Part shown: piece after piece, positions 27,631 through 36,886 of the stretch | Layout of the letters: each line of letters begins with the position of its first letter | Numbering within the stretch: the first letter of the stretch is position 1 | From: Candidatus Binatia bacterium | Lineage (GTDB): Bacteria; Desulfobacterota; Binatia; HRBIN30 | Direction: 5' to 3' | Length of the DNA: 64,000 nucleotides | NCBI GenBank assembly: GCA_038245295.1 | Contig: JBBRSP010000003.1 | Location: 332,354-396,353 of the forward strand | Position numbers and translations under genes: made by a program | Notes under the pieces: generated by a model | Seen by the model: the letters and a program-made list of their open reading frames with translations, nothing else | The model's database searches: none | Told to the model about the DNA's origin: nothing

Positions 27631-28650
27631 TCAGGGCTGACGACTCTTCAAATCCATTTCGCGGGTAAAGCTGACGAAGATGTCCTCGAGGCTCGGGCTC
27701 ACCGAGCGCACGTCCGACTGATCACCGGGCTGAATCACTCCCGCCGTCACCAGACGGCTGCGCAGGTGATGCATGACTGAGGCGCGTTCGGCCGCGGTGG
27801 TGAACTGTCCCAACGTATCGTTCCGATCCGGTTCGGGCGGTAGGCCTTTGACCCGGATGTGCAACGCCTGGCCGAAGACGCTGATGTCATCGACGATCGG
27901 ATCGTCCTTCAACACCGCCAGCGCGCGCATCAGTTCGTTACAGACGATTTCGATACGCCGGTTGGTCGCCTTGATTTCGTCGGCCTTCATCGAGTTCGGA
28001 TCGCCGCTGACGAGCAGCTGGCCATAGTAGATGTAGGCAGCCTTGGTGCAACGCTCCGCCTCGTCCATGTAGTGCGTCGTGACGAACAGCGTGGTGCCTT
28101 GCTGGGCCAACGAGAAGAGCAGATCCCACATCTGGCGTCGCGCCACCGGATCGACTCCGGCCGTCGGTTCATCGAGAAAGACAATGTTGGGCCCGTGAAT
28201 CAATGCACAAGCCAGGGCAAGGCGCTGTTTGAGGCCACCAGACAGACGACCCGCCTGCTGCTGTTCGCGATTGTCGAGGCCGCAAAGCTCGATGAGCTCG
28301 CGCTTGCGCGGCGTCGAGCGCTCGCGCGGCACACGGTACACGTCGCCGAAGAAATCGAGATTCTCCTGCACCGTAAGGTCGGGATAGAGACTGAACTTTT
28401 GCGACACGTAGCCGATGCTCTGCTTGATACGTTCCGGCTCGCGCATGACGTCAAAGCCACCCACCGTGGCACTGCCGGCGCTAGGCGTCAGCAGGCCGCA
28501 CAACATGCGGATCAACGTGGTCTTCCCCGACCCGTTGGGACCGAGCATTCCGAAGATCTCGCCCTTGCCGATGCGCATGGTGATCGGCTTCACGGCTTCG
28601 CGATCTCCAAACCGCTTACACAAACCCTCTGTAACGATTGCGTCTGCCAT
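27631..28650 (-). CDS. ABC transporter ATP-binding protein (YbhF-like)
   Basis: GPNGSGKT, LSGG, FLDEPT, TTHYMDEAE. Confidence 0.95.
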   Translation of the reverse strand: MADAIVTEGLCKRFGDREAVKPITMRIGKGEIFGMLGPNGSGKTTLIRMLCGLLTPSAGSATVGGFDVMREPERIKQSIGYVSQKFSLYPDLTVQENLDFFGDVYRVPRERSTPRKRELIELCGLDNREQQQAGRLSGGLKQRLALACALIHGPNIVFLDEPTAGVDPVARRQMWDLLFSLAQQGTTLFVTTHYMDEAERCTKAAYIYYGQLLVSGDPNSMKADEIKATNRRIEIVCNELMRALAVLKDDPIVDDISVFGQALHIRVKGLPPEPDRNDTLGQFTTAAERASVMHHLRSRLVTAGVIQPGDQSDVRSVSPSLEDIFVSFTREMDLKSRQP

Positions 28651-28871
28651 ACGTGTGTCGCGCGTCATACGATTTGGCGGGCGCAAAAGCTAGCGTCGGC
28701 GCTGCGATCCGTGGAGGGCGGCAAGAAGGACACCATCTCCCCCCGGCGACAGTTACCGAGCGCTACGTTCATCCAAGGATCTGATCTCACGGCACAATCG
28801 CCGAGTCTTGTGGGTGGGTGTCCAACAATCGCGGGTCACTGGATTGTGACGGTCCGGCATCGAGGCGGTGA

Positions 28872-28952
28872 GGTAGGCGCAGGTCTTTAGCCTGCGCCGG
28901 ATCGAGTGGTTCAGCATGGATATTCCGCCGCAAGCTAAAGCTTGCGCCTACC
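28872..28952. repeat. Inverted pair of GTAG-type REPs (REPIN-like)
   Basis: GGTAGGCGCAGGTCTTTAGCCTGCG ... CGCAAGCTAAAGCTTGCGCCTACC; a related copy lies at 62324-62347. Confidence 0.7.
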
Positions 28953-29134
28953 CGTGACGGCTTCCGCATCGGGCATTCGCCGGGACACCCGCGATTGTGC
29001 GCCGAAGCGTTGGCGAAGGCGCGAGCAACCGCCAATGGAAAATTCCGAATGGAGAATTGAGAAACGGTCAACCGCAGGGGACTTAGTCCAAGCCCGCCAA
29101 TTGCATCAAAACGGTCCATCCAACCCCGCCGCCG

Positions 29135-29374
29135 TCAGTGCCGCGCATCGCTGAGGACCTCACATTTCATTTCCTGCAGCAGATCCGCCAACGACTTGAG
29201 GGCGCGGTCGGGCCAGTTGTCGCCCATCGCCAGGGCCGACAAGGCCGTCGCGACGGCACAGCGCAGCAGCGCTGTCGCGCCGTTCTGGTCGAGCGCGGCA
29301 CGAACGGTGGGATTGTCGACATTGATCTCGATGCGTACTTGCACGTCTTCTTCGAGTCGGGTGATCTGAATCAT
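29135..29374 (-). CDS. Small hypothetical protein (79 aa)
   Basis: Strong AAGGAGGAG RBS before ATG, GC3-rich codons. Confidence 0.6.
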   Translation of the reverse strand: MIQITRLEEDVQVRIEINVDNPTVRAALDQNGATALLRCAVATALSALAMGDNWPDRALKSLADLLQEMKCEVLSDARH

Positions 29375-29572
29375 TCGCTCCTCCTTGCCCGCCACGCAAC
29401 GCAAGCGTCGTGCCGCCCGGTGAGAGGCGACGGATCATCGAAGGAGAGGACAGCGTGTACTCACTGTGAGTCGGGGCATGTTGTCAGGCCGAAGCCTTTT
29501 GTGCAGGTAGTGCGGCGGCCTGCTTGACGGCCGCGCGTGCGGCTCGATAAGAGCGACGCCACCAAGCCTACT

Positions 29573-30820
29573 ATGGAAACCTCACACACAGGCAATCTCG
29601 CCGGCGTTCGCGTGCTCGACTTGTCGCGCGAGTCCGGCTTCTTGACGGGTAAGCTGTTGGCCGAGCTCGGTGCCGATGTGATCAAGGTGGAGGACCCGGA
29701 AGGTGATCCGGCTCGCCTGCGGCCTCCCTTTGTCCAGGGCGTCGCGGCACCCGAGGCATCGGTGCTTTGGCTGGCGCTCAATACAAGTAAGCGCGGCATC
29801 ACACTTGACCTTCGTAAGCCGGCCGGCGCGCGCGCCTTCGAAGCATTGTGCCGCACCGCCGACGTGGTGTTCGAGACGGCTGGACCGAGTGAAGCCCACG
29901 CCCTCCGCCATGCCGGCTTCGACCTGGCGCGTCTACACGCTCTCAACCCGCGTCTGATCGTGTGCAACTTGAGCCCATTCGGCCAGACCGGCCCGTACGG
30001 CTCGTATCGCGGCTCGGATCTGACGGCGATGGCGCTGGGCGGCAACATGTACCCGACAGGGAACCCGGAGCGCGCGCCGGTGCGTTGCTCGTTGCCGGTG
30101 TCGTACTACCATGGGTCGATCGAGGCGGCCGCCGGCATCAGCTTCGCTCTGTGGGGCCGCGAGACCAGCGGGCAGGGCCAGTTCATCGATGTGTCGCTGC
30201 AGGAAGTGATGAACGTCCCGAACATGACGACACCGATGCAACTGCCGTTCACCGGCTTCAAAGGCGGCCGCGTCGGTGGCGGCTTCCGCGGCAATAAGGC
30301 ATTCTTCCACGAGTTGTGGCCGTGCAAGGACGGCTACGTGTCGTTTGCGCTGCGCGGCGGACCAGCACGTATCCCCGGCATCATCGCGCTGGTCGAGTAC
30401 ATGGACGAGAACGGCATGGCGCCGCCGGTCCTCAAAGAGCGGGACTGGAAGGCCTACAACCACAATACCGTGACGCAGGAAGAGGTCGATGCCATCGAGG
30501 TCGCCCTGGCAGCGTTCTTCCAGGGCAAGACGATGGAGGAGTTGTTCGCGACGGCGTGCGACCGCAACCTCATGCTGGCGCCCGGCAACACCGCCAAACA
30601 GATCCATGGCTCGAGGCAGTTGGCGGCGCGATCGTTCTTCGTCGATTTGGAAGATGCCGGTCGCGGCGTGACGCTGTCGTATCCCGGCGCGTTCGCCATC
30701 AGCTCGCTTGGCGGCATCGGCGTGCGCTCGCCGGCGCCCTGTCTGGGACAACACAACGCCGAAGTCTATGCCGAGATCGGCCTCGATGCCGAGGCACTGA
30801 GAGCCCAAGGGGTCGCTTGA
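29573..30820 (+). CDS. CoA transferase family III (CaiB/BaiF)
   Basis: LAGVRVLDL, GADVIKVE, N.SKRGITLDL, FGQTGPY, GQFIDVSL, AP.LGQH. Confidence 0.95.
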   Translation: METSHTGNLAGVRVLDLSRESGFLTGKLLAELGADVIKVEDPEGDPARLRPPFVQGVAAPEASVLWLALNTSKRGITLDLRKPAGARAFEALCRTADVVFETAGPSEAHALRHAGFDLARLHALNPRLIVCNLSPFGQTGPYGSYRGSDLTAMALGGNMYPTGNPERAPVRCSLPVSYYHGSIEAAAGISFALWGRETSGQGQFIDVSLQEVMNVPNMTTPMQLPFTGFKGGRVGGGFRGNKAFFHELWPCKDGYVSFALRGGPARIPGIIALVEYMDENGMAPPVLKERDWKAYNHNTVTQEEVDAIEVALAAFFQGKTMEELFATACDRNLMLAPGNTAKQIHGSRQLAARSFFVDLEDAGRGVTLSYPGAFAISSLGGIGVRSPAPCLGQHNAEVYAEIGLDAEALRAQGVA

Positions 30821-30889
30821 TGCCGGCAGAGTGCCGCTGAGCGCGAGGCGGATGGAGCCAGGCGGACCGACCAGATGAAAGCCCTGGCC

Positions 30890-31107
30890 GAGACTGTCGA
30901 TAAACTGAAATGAAGCTACGTCATCCCGGCGAAAGCGACTGTCGATAAACTCGGATGCTATCCCGTCATCCCGGCGAAAGAGTGTGTCGATTTACTCGGA
31001 AACCATATTCAAAACCGAGCAGACCTATCCATCATACCGGCTTTCGCCGGTATGACGGGGGTGTCTGCGTTCTTTGAAACGATGAATCAGCGAAAATCGA
31101 CAGTCTC
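30890..31107. mobile_element. GAGAC-ended MITE with nested copies, 4-bp TSD GGCC
   Basis: GGCC|GAGACTGTCGAT...ATCGACAGTCTC|GGCC; further ends at 30935 and 30980 each directly after CCGGCGAAA. Confidence 0.85.
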
Positions 31108-31349
31108 GGCCCGGGGGAACGAGGTGACGGTCCGTGGGGTGCCCGTGGCTGCTGGCCGACCGCCAGACAACAAGCATTGTTGCGTGCCGTGTTGCTCCCC
31201 GGCGACGTCGTGCGCCGACGCCACGGCCACGGCGCTTTGTTGGGCTTCGCCTCTGCGTTGGCGACAACCTGGGAATGCGCCAGCCTTGGCGCCGCGATGG
31301 TGCAGATTCCGCGCCGGCTCGTCCGGCGGCTCGCACACACGGGGGCGGC

Positions 31350-31645
31350 GTGAAGATTCTGCATTGGACAGAGTTGTTCTGGCCGCATATCGGCGGCGTC
31401 GAGACATTTACGGCGCAGCTGCTGAAGCGGCAGCAGCAGGTTGGCCACGAGGTGAGCATCGTCACCTCGCACAGCGGCGTTCGGCTGCCGGATGAGGATC
31501 AGCACGACGGCATCCCGAGTCGGCGGTTTCCCTTCAACGCGATTCTCGCCGATTGCGATCTGCCGCGAATCGCCGTCGTGCGCGGTAAGGTAGCGGCGCT
31601 CAAGAATCGCCTCACGCCCGATGTGATTCACGTGCACAGTAGCCC
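31350..31645 (+). pseudogene. Glycosyltransferase family 4 N-terminal fragment
   Basis: MKILHWTELFWPHIGGVET...GHEVSIVT...PDVIHVH followed by unrelated sequence. Confidence 0.7.
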
Positions 31646-32333
31646 CGTTGCTCGCCGCTGTCGGCGGCTGGAGCGCCATTGCCATGGCTGGGTGGCGTGC
31701 CGCAAGTCCACGTCGACGTCGTTTCCTTCCTCTTACGGTTGCATCCCTCTTTCTCGTTGCCTCGACGCGCGGAGCAACGGGACAGGGTGCCGCACCCGAT
31801 CGACTTCCGGAGGCTTCACTGCGGGGAGCCCATCCGCCGGCAACGCCGCCTGCCGTGATGGATCGTCTTCCTGATCGGATGCTACGCAGTGCGTTCGCGA
31901 CCCCGACTGCCTCGCCGCCCGCGCCTACCATTGTTCCGCCGTTTGTGAAGGTTGGCCTCCGCAACGATCGATCGACGGGTGTGGCGTCCCCTATCGTCTA
32001 CGTCGGGTTGACGTCGGATGGGACATCCTTCTCACTCGGCGAAGGCGGAGGGTTGATCGACCGAACGGGCGAAAAGACGACTATGGCGCCGAACAGCTGT
32101 TGCTGTTGCGCTACGCCTCAACGCGGTGGGAACTGGCCTTCGTGTGGAAGAACGGTACGGAGTCGACCATTGGGCCGATGGATCATCAGACCTGGGCGCA
32201 ATTCAAATCCGCGATGGCGCAGTATTTCCCCGGTGGTCTTGTCCCGTTGGTCGAAGTGGATCGGTGAATCGAGGCGGTAGTCGAGGCCGAGGTTGACCGT
32301 CACGTACGCCTGAGGGTATTTCGGTCGGCACCA

Positions 32334-33602
32334 ATGACAGAGCAAGGCACGGCAGGGGAAGCGGTGCGGTCGACGGCAAAGCCGCGGCTGTTTGATGGAT
32401 TGAAGGTTCTCGAATTCGGCGGCGGTGCCGCCGGGCCGCTGGGGACGCGTTACTTCGCCGATCAGGGCGCGACGGTGATTCGTGTCGAGTCGAAACAGCG
32501 CCCCGACTTCATTCGTTTGTTGCGCTACACGCCCGGCGACCCGGCCGGATTGGATGGCAGCCACATGTTCGCCATGGTGAACATCAACAAGCTCGGCATC
32601 GCGCTCAACATGAGTCACCCGAAGGCCATCGGCCTGGCGCGGCGCCTGGTCGATTGGTGTGATGTGTTGGCTGAAAACTTCGCCCCGAAGGCGATGGCGA
32701 AGTGGAGTCTCGATTACGCCACTCTGAGCCAGAGCAAACCCGATCTGGTGATGATCAGTACATGTCTGAACGGACAGACGGGGCCGGATCGTAACTATCC
32801 GGGCTTCGGTGGGCAGGGCTCGGCGATCAGCGGCTTCAATCACCTGACCGGCTGGCCCGACCTCGAGCCGCTCGGTCCCTACGGAACCATCACCGACTCC
32901 TTGTCGCCACGCTACGTGGCGTTGCTCGTCGCTTCGGCGCTCCTGCATCGTCGGCGCACCGGGCACGGGCAGTATATCGACCTCTCCCAGGTCGAAGGCG
33001 GCGTCGTCTGCCTCAGTGAAAACCTGCTGACCTACACGGCAACCGGCGAGTTGCTGGAACGCATCGGCAACCGCTCACGTCATGCCGCTCCACACGGGGT
33101 GTTTCGTTGCGCCGCCAAGGGCGACGACGATGATCGATGGATCGCAATTTCCATCCAGAGCGACGAGCAGTGGTTTGCTTTGCGGCGCGCCATGGGGGAT
33201 CCGGCGTGGGCGACCAAGCCGGATTGGTCGTCGACGGCCGGCCGTCTGGCGCAGGTCGATCAGATCGAGGCCGCGGTCGGCGAGTGGACTCGCACGAAGA
33301 CTGCCGAAGAGCTGATGCGCAAACTGCAGGCCGCCGGTGTCGAAGCCGGTCTGGTCAACAACTTCGAAGACCTGCTCAACGACCCACAGTTGCGGCATCG
33401 CAACCACTACCGCGAGGTGACGCATCCGGTGATCGGCAAACATCTCTGTGAGACCAACGGCATGCGGTTCTCCGCGACGCCCGATGCCGTGACACGGCCG
33501 GCGCCACGGCTCGGCGAACACACATCGGAGGTGTTCCAGAACATCTTGGGTCTGAGCGAAGCGGAGTATGCCGAGCTGAACGCCGAGGGCGTATTTCAAT
33601 GA
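32334..33602 (+). CDS. CoA transferase family III (CaiB/BaiF)
   Basis: GLKVLEF, AGP, GATVIRVES, NK..IALN, ENF.P, GQTGP, APRLGEHT. Confidence 0.95.
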   Translation: MTEQGTAGEAVRSTAKPRLFDGLKVLEFGGGAAGPLGTRYFADQGATVIRVESKQRPDFIRLLRYTPGDPAGLDGSHMFAMVNINKLGIALNMSHPKAIGLARRLVDWCDVLAENFAPKAMAKWSLDYATLSQSKPDLVMISTCLNGQTGPDRNYPGFGGQGSAISGFNHLTGWPDLEPLGPYGTITDSLSPRYVALLVASALLHRRRTGHGQYIDLSQVEGGVVCLSENLLTYTATGELLERIGNRSRHAAPHGVFRCAAKGDDDDRWIAISIQSDEQWFALRRAMGDPAWATKPDWSSTAGRLAQVDQIEAAVGEWTRTKTAEELMRKLQAAGVEAGLVNNFEDLLNDPQLRHRNHYREVTHPVIGKHLCETNGMRFSATPDAVTRPAPRLGEHTSEVFQNILGLSEAEYAELNAEGVFQ

Positions 33603-34228
33603 GCCCGCTGGAGCCGGTTGCCTTCGATGTTGGTCGTGCCGCGTTGTGCATCGTCGAGATGCAGAACGATATCGTGCACGAATCGAACATCGGCAAACGT
33701 GGCATCGGTGGGGTGCTCGCGGCGCAGGTGCAGAAGCGCGGCGTCGTCGGATGTTTGCAGGCGGTGCTGGCGGCAGCGCGCCAGCGCCGCGTTCCCGTGC
33801 TGTACATCAACTTCGCCTTGAAGCCGGGCTTTCCAAAGCCCAACACGAAACTGCACAACCGCTCGCGCAGTCAGCCGACCCTGATCGAGGGAACCTGGGG
33901 TGTGCAGGTGCACGAGGGCCTGACGCCACAACCGAGCGACTTTGTTCTCGAGCGTACCGTCGGCATCGACGGTTCGTATGGCACGCAGCTCTATCCGGTA
34001 CTGCGATCGCTGCAACGCAACGTCATGATCATGAGTGGCGTGTCGACCAATCTCGCGGTCGAGGGCGTGGTGCGCGCCTCGGTCAACCGCGGCTTCGATG
34101 TTGTCGTGATGGAAGATTGCTGCGCCAGCTATCCCGACGAGTGGCATCGCTTCTCGATCGACAACATTCTGCCTCTGATTGCCACGGTCACCGACAGCGT
34201 GGCAATCCTGGAGCGCCTTCGTTCCTGA
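33599..34228 (+). CDS. Isochorismatase-family cysteine hydrolase
   Basis: ALCIVEMQND, GTWG, GVSTNLAVE..R...RGF.V.V.EDCC; ATGA overlap with the upstream gene. Confidence 0.85.
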   Translation: MSPLEPVAFDVGRAALCIVEMQNDIVHESNIGKRGIGGVLAAQVQKRGVVGCLQAVLAAARQRRVPVLYINFALKPGFPKPNTKLHNRSRSQPTLIEGTWGVQVHEGLTPQPSDFVLERTVGIDGSYGTQLYPVLRSLQRNVMIMSGVSTNLAVEGVVRASVNRGFDVVVMEDCCASYPDEWHRFSIDNILPLIATVTDSVAILERLRS

Positions 34229-34237
34229 GTGCTCTGC

Positions 34238-36661
34238 CTATTCAGCCACGACGCTCCCGCGCTGACGCGGCAGTTGGCGCGACGACGTGTCGCTGCCGCC
34301 CTCGATGTAGAGCACGGGCTGGCCGGGAGCGAGCGCGGTTGCGGAGGCAAGGGCAACGCGCAGGTTGCCTTGGGCGTCGTGATGATAGGCCACTAGGGCG
34401 CCCGGCGCGCCGGGGCCGCGGCGAACCCGTAGCTTGCCGACCAGGCTCGCATCTGTCGGGAGAACGACTTCGAGCGAGTGCGTTGCGGGGGCGTCGGCGT
34501 CCAAGGTGAGCGGCAGCCGCCAGTGGCCGGAGCGCGAATGGCGTGCCGTCGCGAAGTGGGCTGCAGCAAGGCTGCGGCGAGCCGCACCGCCACCGCCCGC
34601 GGGTGGGGTCCAATTGCCGTTGACGTCGCCGAACAGGATGCCGAGGAAATCCTGATTCTGGGCTGCCGGTTGTCCGCCCGGAGTCAGCGCCACGAGCGGG
34701 CTGTAGCTGATGCTGCCGGGTTGGCAGGGCAGGGTGGTGGCGGAGAAAGACGTGATGCCCTGATTGCTGACCGCCGCCGGTACGGGCAGGAACGCCCAGG
34801 ACGAATTGCAGCGGCTCGCGGCGGTGATGGGCAACTCGGTGATGAGGTTGACGCGATACTGTAAGATGAGCGACGCGTCGATGCTCGAGATACCGCCACT
34901 ACCGTTGACGTCGGCGGCAATCAGTTGCGCCGGTGCCAAGGTCGTCAGGCTCACCGCCGCTTGCAGCACCAACACGGCATCAAGCGAGCTGATCGCGGCG
35001 GCTGCGTTTGAATCCCTCAAGCCCGGGGCAACCGCCCATGTATCGCTCGCGAGGCCGGCGAAAGCGTACAGGCCGGAGGCCGATGTCGTCGTGTTCGCTG
35101 TCCCGGCACCGCTGAGCGCCAGCGCCACGTTCGGCACCGGAACGGCGTTGGCAAAGAAGTAGATGTGGCCACTAATGCCGTCGGCCGGCGTCGGCTCCGA
35201 CGTGGCCGTGACAGTGGGGGTCGAGGTGGGGGTCTTTGTTGCTACCGGCGTCGGGCTGAGGGTCGGGGTGTTCGTATTGGTTGGTGTGTTGGTGAGCGTA
35301 GACGTAACGGTCGGTGTCGATGTGAGCGAGGCGGTCCCGGTAGGGGTCGCCGTTCGCGTTGCGGTTCCGGTGCGAGTTTGGGTTGGCGTTTGAGTGCCCG
35401 TGCGTGTTGGCGTCGAGGTGCTTGTCGGCGCGATCGTCGGCGTGTAGGTGGGCCCGACGAACGGGTAGATGAACTCCATACCGCTGATGTCGTCCGAGCG
35501 AATGCTGGCACAGCGTTGCGGGCTCTCGGAGCTGAAGTGCGCCGAGGCATACATCGTCGCGGTTGGATCGGCGGAGTGGCCGAAGCCGATGGTGTGGCCG
35601 ATCTCGTGTGTCAGCAGCTCTCCGAGACTGCATTGGTTCCATGGCGAGCAAGTGCTCAGACCGTTCTGGATCACCACCTTGGCTTCGGTGATCGCCGTGA
35701 AGGATTGGCCGTTTACCACCTTGGTCGGCGACGACGTGCTGCAGTAGCCGCCCTGACCGATGACGCCGGGACAACCAGCGCCGGCGATGTCGTTGTACGG
35801 ATCATTGAACAGTATGCGGTTGATGCCCTGACAGCCGGCGAAGAGCGGCAAGGGAAGGCTTAGCGCCCCACCATTCTGGAGGATCAGTGATGCTGTCGGA
35901 ACATTGGTCCAGGCACCCATGGCATCCACGACCGCTGCCCACGAGGTCGTCGCCCCGAGGGCGGTGTCGCCGGCCGGGTCAAGGAAATAGGAAACCGGCG
36001 TGTTGGTGTCCGCCTGGTGCCAGCGCGACGGGGTCGAGGGTGCCAGGAAAGTAAACGGTGACATGAACTCGTCCAGCTGAACCGAGCGCTGGGTTTGCAC
36101 CGGCAGATGTCGTGTGCGTCGATGCGCCAGGCGTTGCAGCCGGCGTAGCAAGCGGTCGAGCGGAATTGTCTCGACCTCGGGCTCGTAGAATTTCCCACTC
36201 GTCGGATCCACGAATGTCGTTTCGCGTAGGGCCCGTCGGGCCACCGTGTTACCGGCAGAGTCGGTCAGCAGGAAGTATTGGCCGAGGCCGGCCTGCGTGG
36301 TCTCGAGGCGGCCGTCATCGGTGAGCCGCGCGAAGACCAGCACCCGATCGCCAACGTGATACTCTGGCATTCCGAAGAGAACCTCGGTCACGGTTCCATC
36401 CGTCCCGCCGGGCTGCTGCAGTTCCACCTGTGGGCTATCCAGGGTACCAAGCAGCACCCGCTCAGGATCGAGGGTCACCCGCGTGATGAGGCGCTGCGTG
36501 CCGGGGAGACGACCCGAATCGACCTTGGTTACGGTGGCGATGAGCACCAGGTCGGATTGCGACGCCATCCGGGTATCGGAGATCGGGATCATCGTTGTGG
36601 CGTGTGCGAGGGCGGGTACGACGAACACCAGGACTGTTGCCAGACGTGCTGAAAAACTCAT
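34238..36661 (-). CDS. Secreted matrixin-family (metzincin) metalloprotease with Thr/Pro linker, CnaB-like and dockerin-type domains
   Basis: [12 protein letters not shown] + ATMY Met-turn; [28 protein letters not shown]. Confidence 0.85.
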   Translation of the reverse strand: MSFSARLATVLVFVVPALAHATTMIPISDTRMASQSDLVLIATVTKVDSGRLPGTQRLITRVTLDPERVLLGTLDSPQVELQQPGGTDGTVTEVLFGMPEYHVGDRVLVFARLTDDGRLETTQAGLGQYFLLTDSAGNTVARRALRETTFVDPTSGKFYEPEVETIPLDRLLRRLQRLAHRRTRHLPVQTQRSVQLDEFMSPFTFLAPSTPSRWHQADTNTPVSYFLDPAGDTALGATTSWAAVVDAMGAWTNVPTASLILQNGGALSLPLPLFAGCQGINRILFNDPYNDIAGAGCPGVIGQGGYCSTSSPTKVVNGQSFTAITEAKVVIQNGLSTCSPWNQCSLGELLTHEIGHTIGFGHSADPTATMYASAHFSSESPQRCASIRSDDISGMEFIYPFVGPTYTPTIAPTSTSTPTRTGTQTPTQTRTGTATRTATPTGTASLTSTPTVTSTLTNTPTNTNTPTLSPTPVATKTPTSTPTVTATSEPTPADGISGHIYFFANAVPVPNVALALSGAGTANTTTSASGLYAFAGLASDTWAVAPGLRDSNAAAAISSLDAVLVLQAAVSLTTLAPAQLIAADVNGSGGISSIDASLILQYRVNLITELPITAASRCNSSWAFLPVPAAVSNQGITSFSATTLPCQPGSISYSPLVALTPGGQPAAQNQDFLGILFGDVNGNWTPPAGGGGAARRSLAAAHFATARHSRSGHWRLPLTLDADAPATHSLEVVLPTDASLVGKLRVRRGPGAPGALVAYHHDAQGNLRVALASATALAPGQPVLYIEGGSDTSSRQLPRQRGSVVAE

Positions 36662-36886
36662 TCTGCCTGCAAGTATTCCTGCAAACCGGTGCCTTGCCCA
36701 GCGGAAAGTGCGGGCCGCGACTTCTCGCGTTTATTGGACGTCGTACGGAGAGTCTGCGAAGCACGAATCGACGATGGAACACCTGCGGCGATCAACCGAC
36801 GCTCAGCCTGCGGAGTCCGCCAATGCGAATTGCCGTGCCAAGCCCACGCACCCGGAACCCTCCACTTGCGTCCCCCCTTGGCTCCC

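Noticed and set aside
31648..32280. 210-aa ORF between the CoA transferases
   Set aside because: No motif, atypical composition, lies in a decayed region.
35180..35450. Thr/Pro codon repeats (also 3350-3530, 38840-38940, 50190-50250)
   Set aside because: Ordinary protein linkers, not DNA-level repeat elements.
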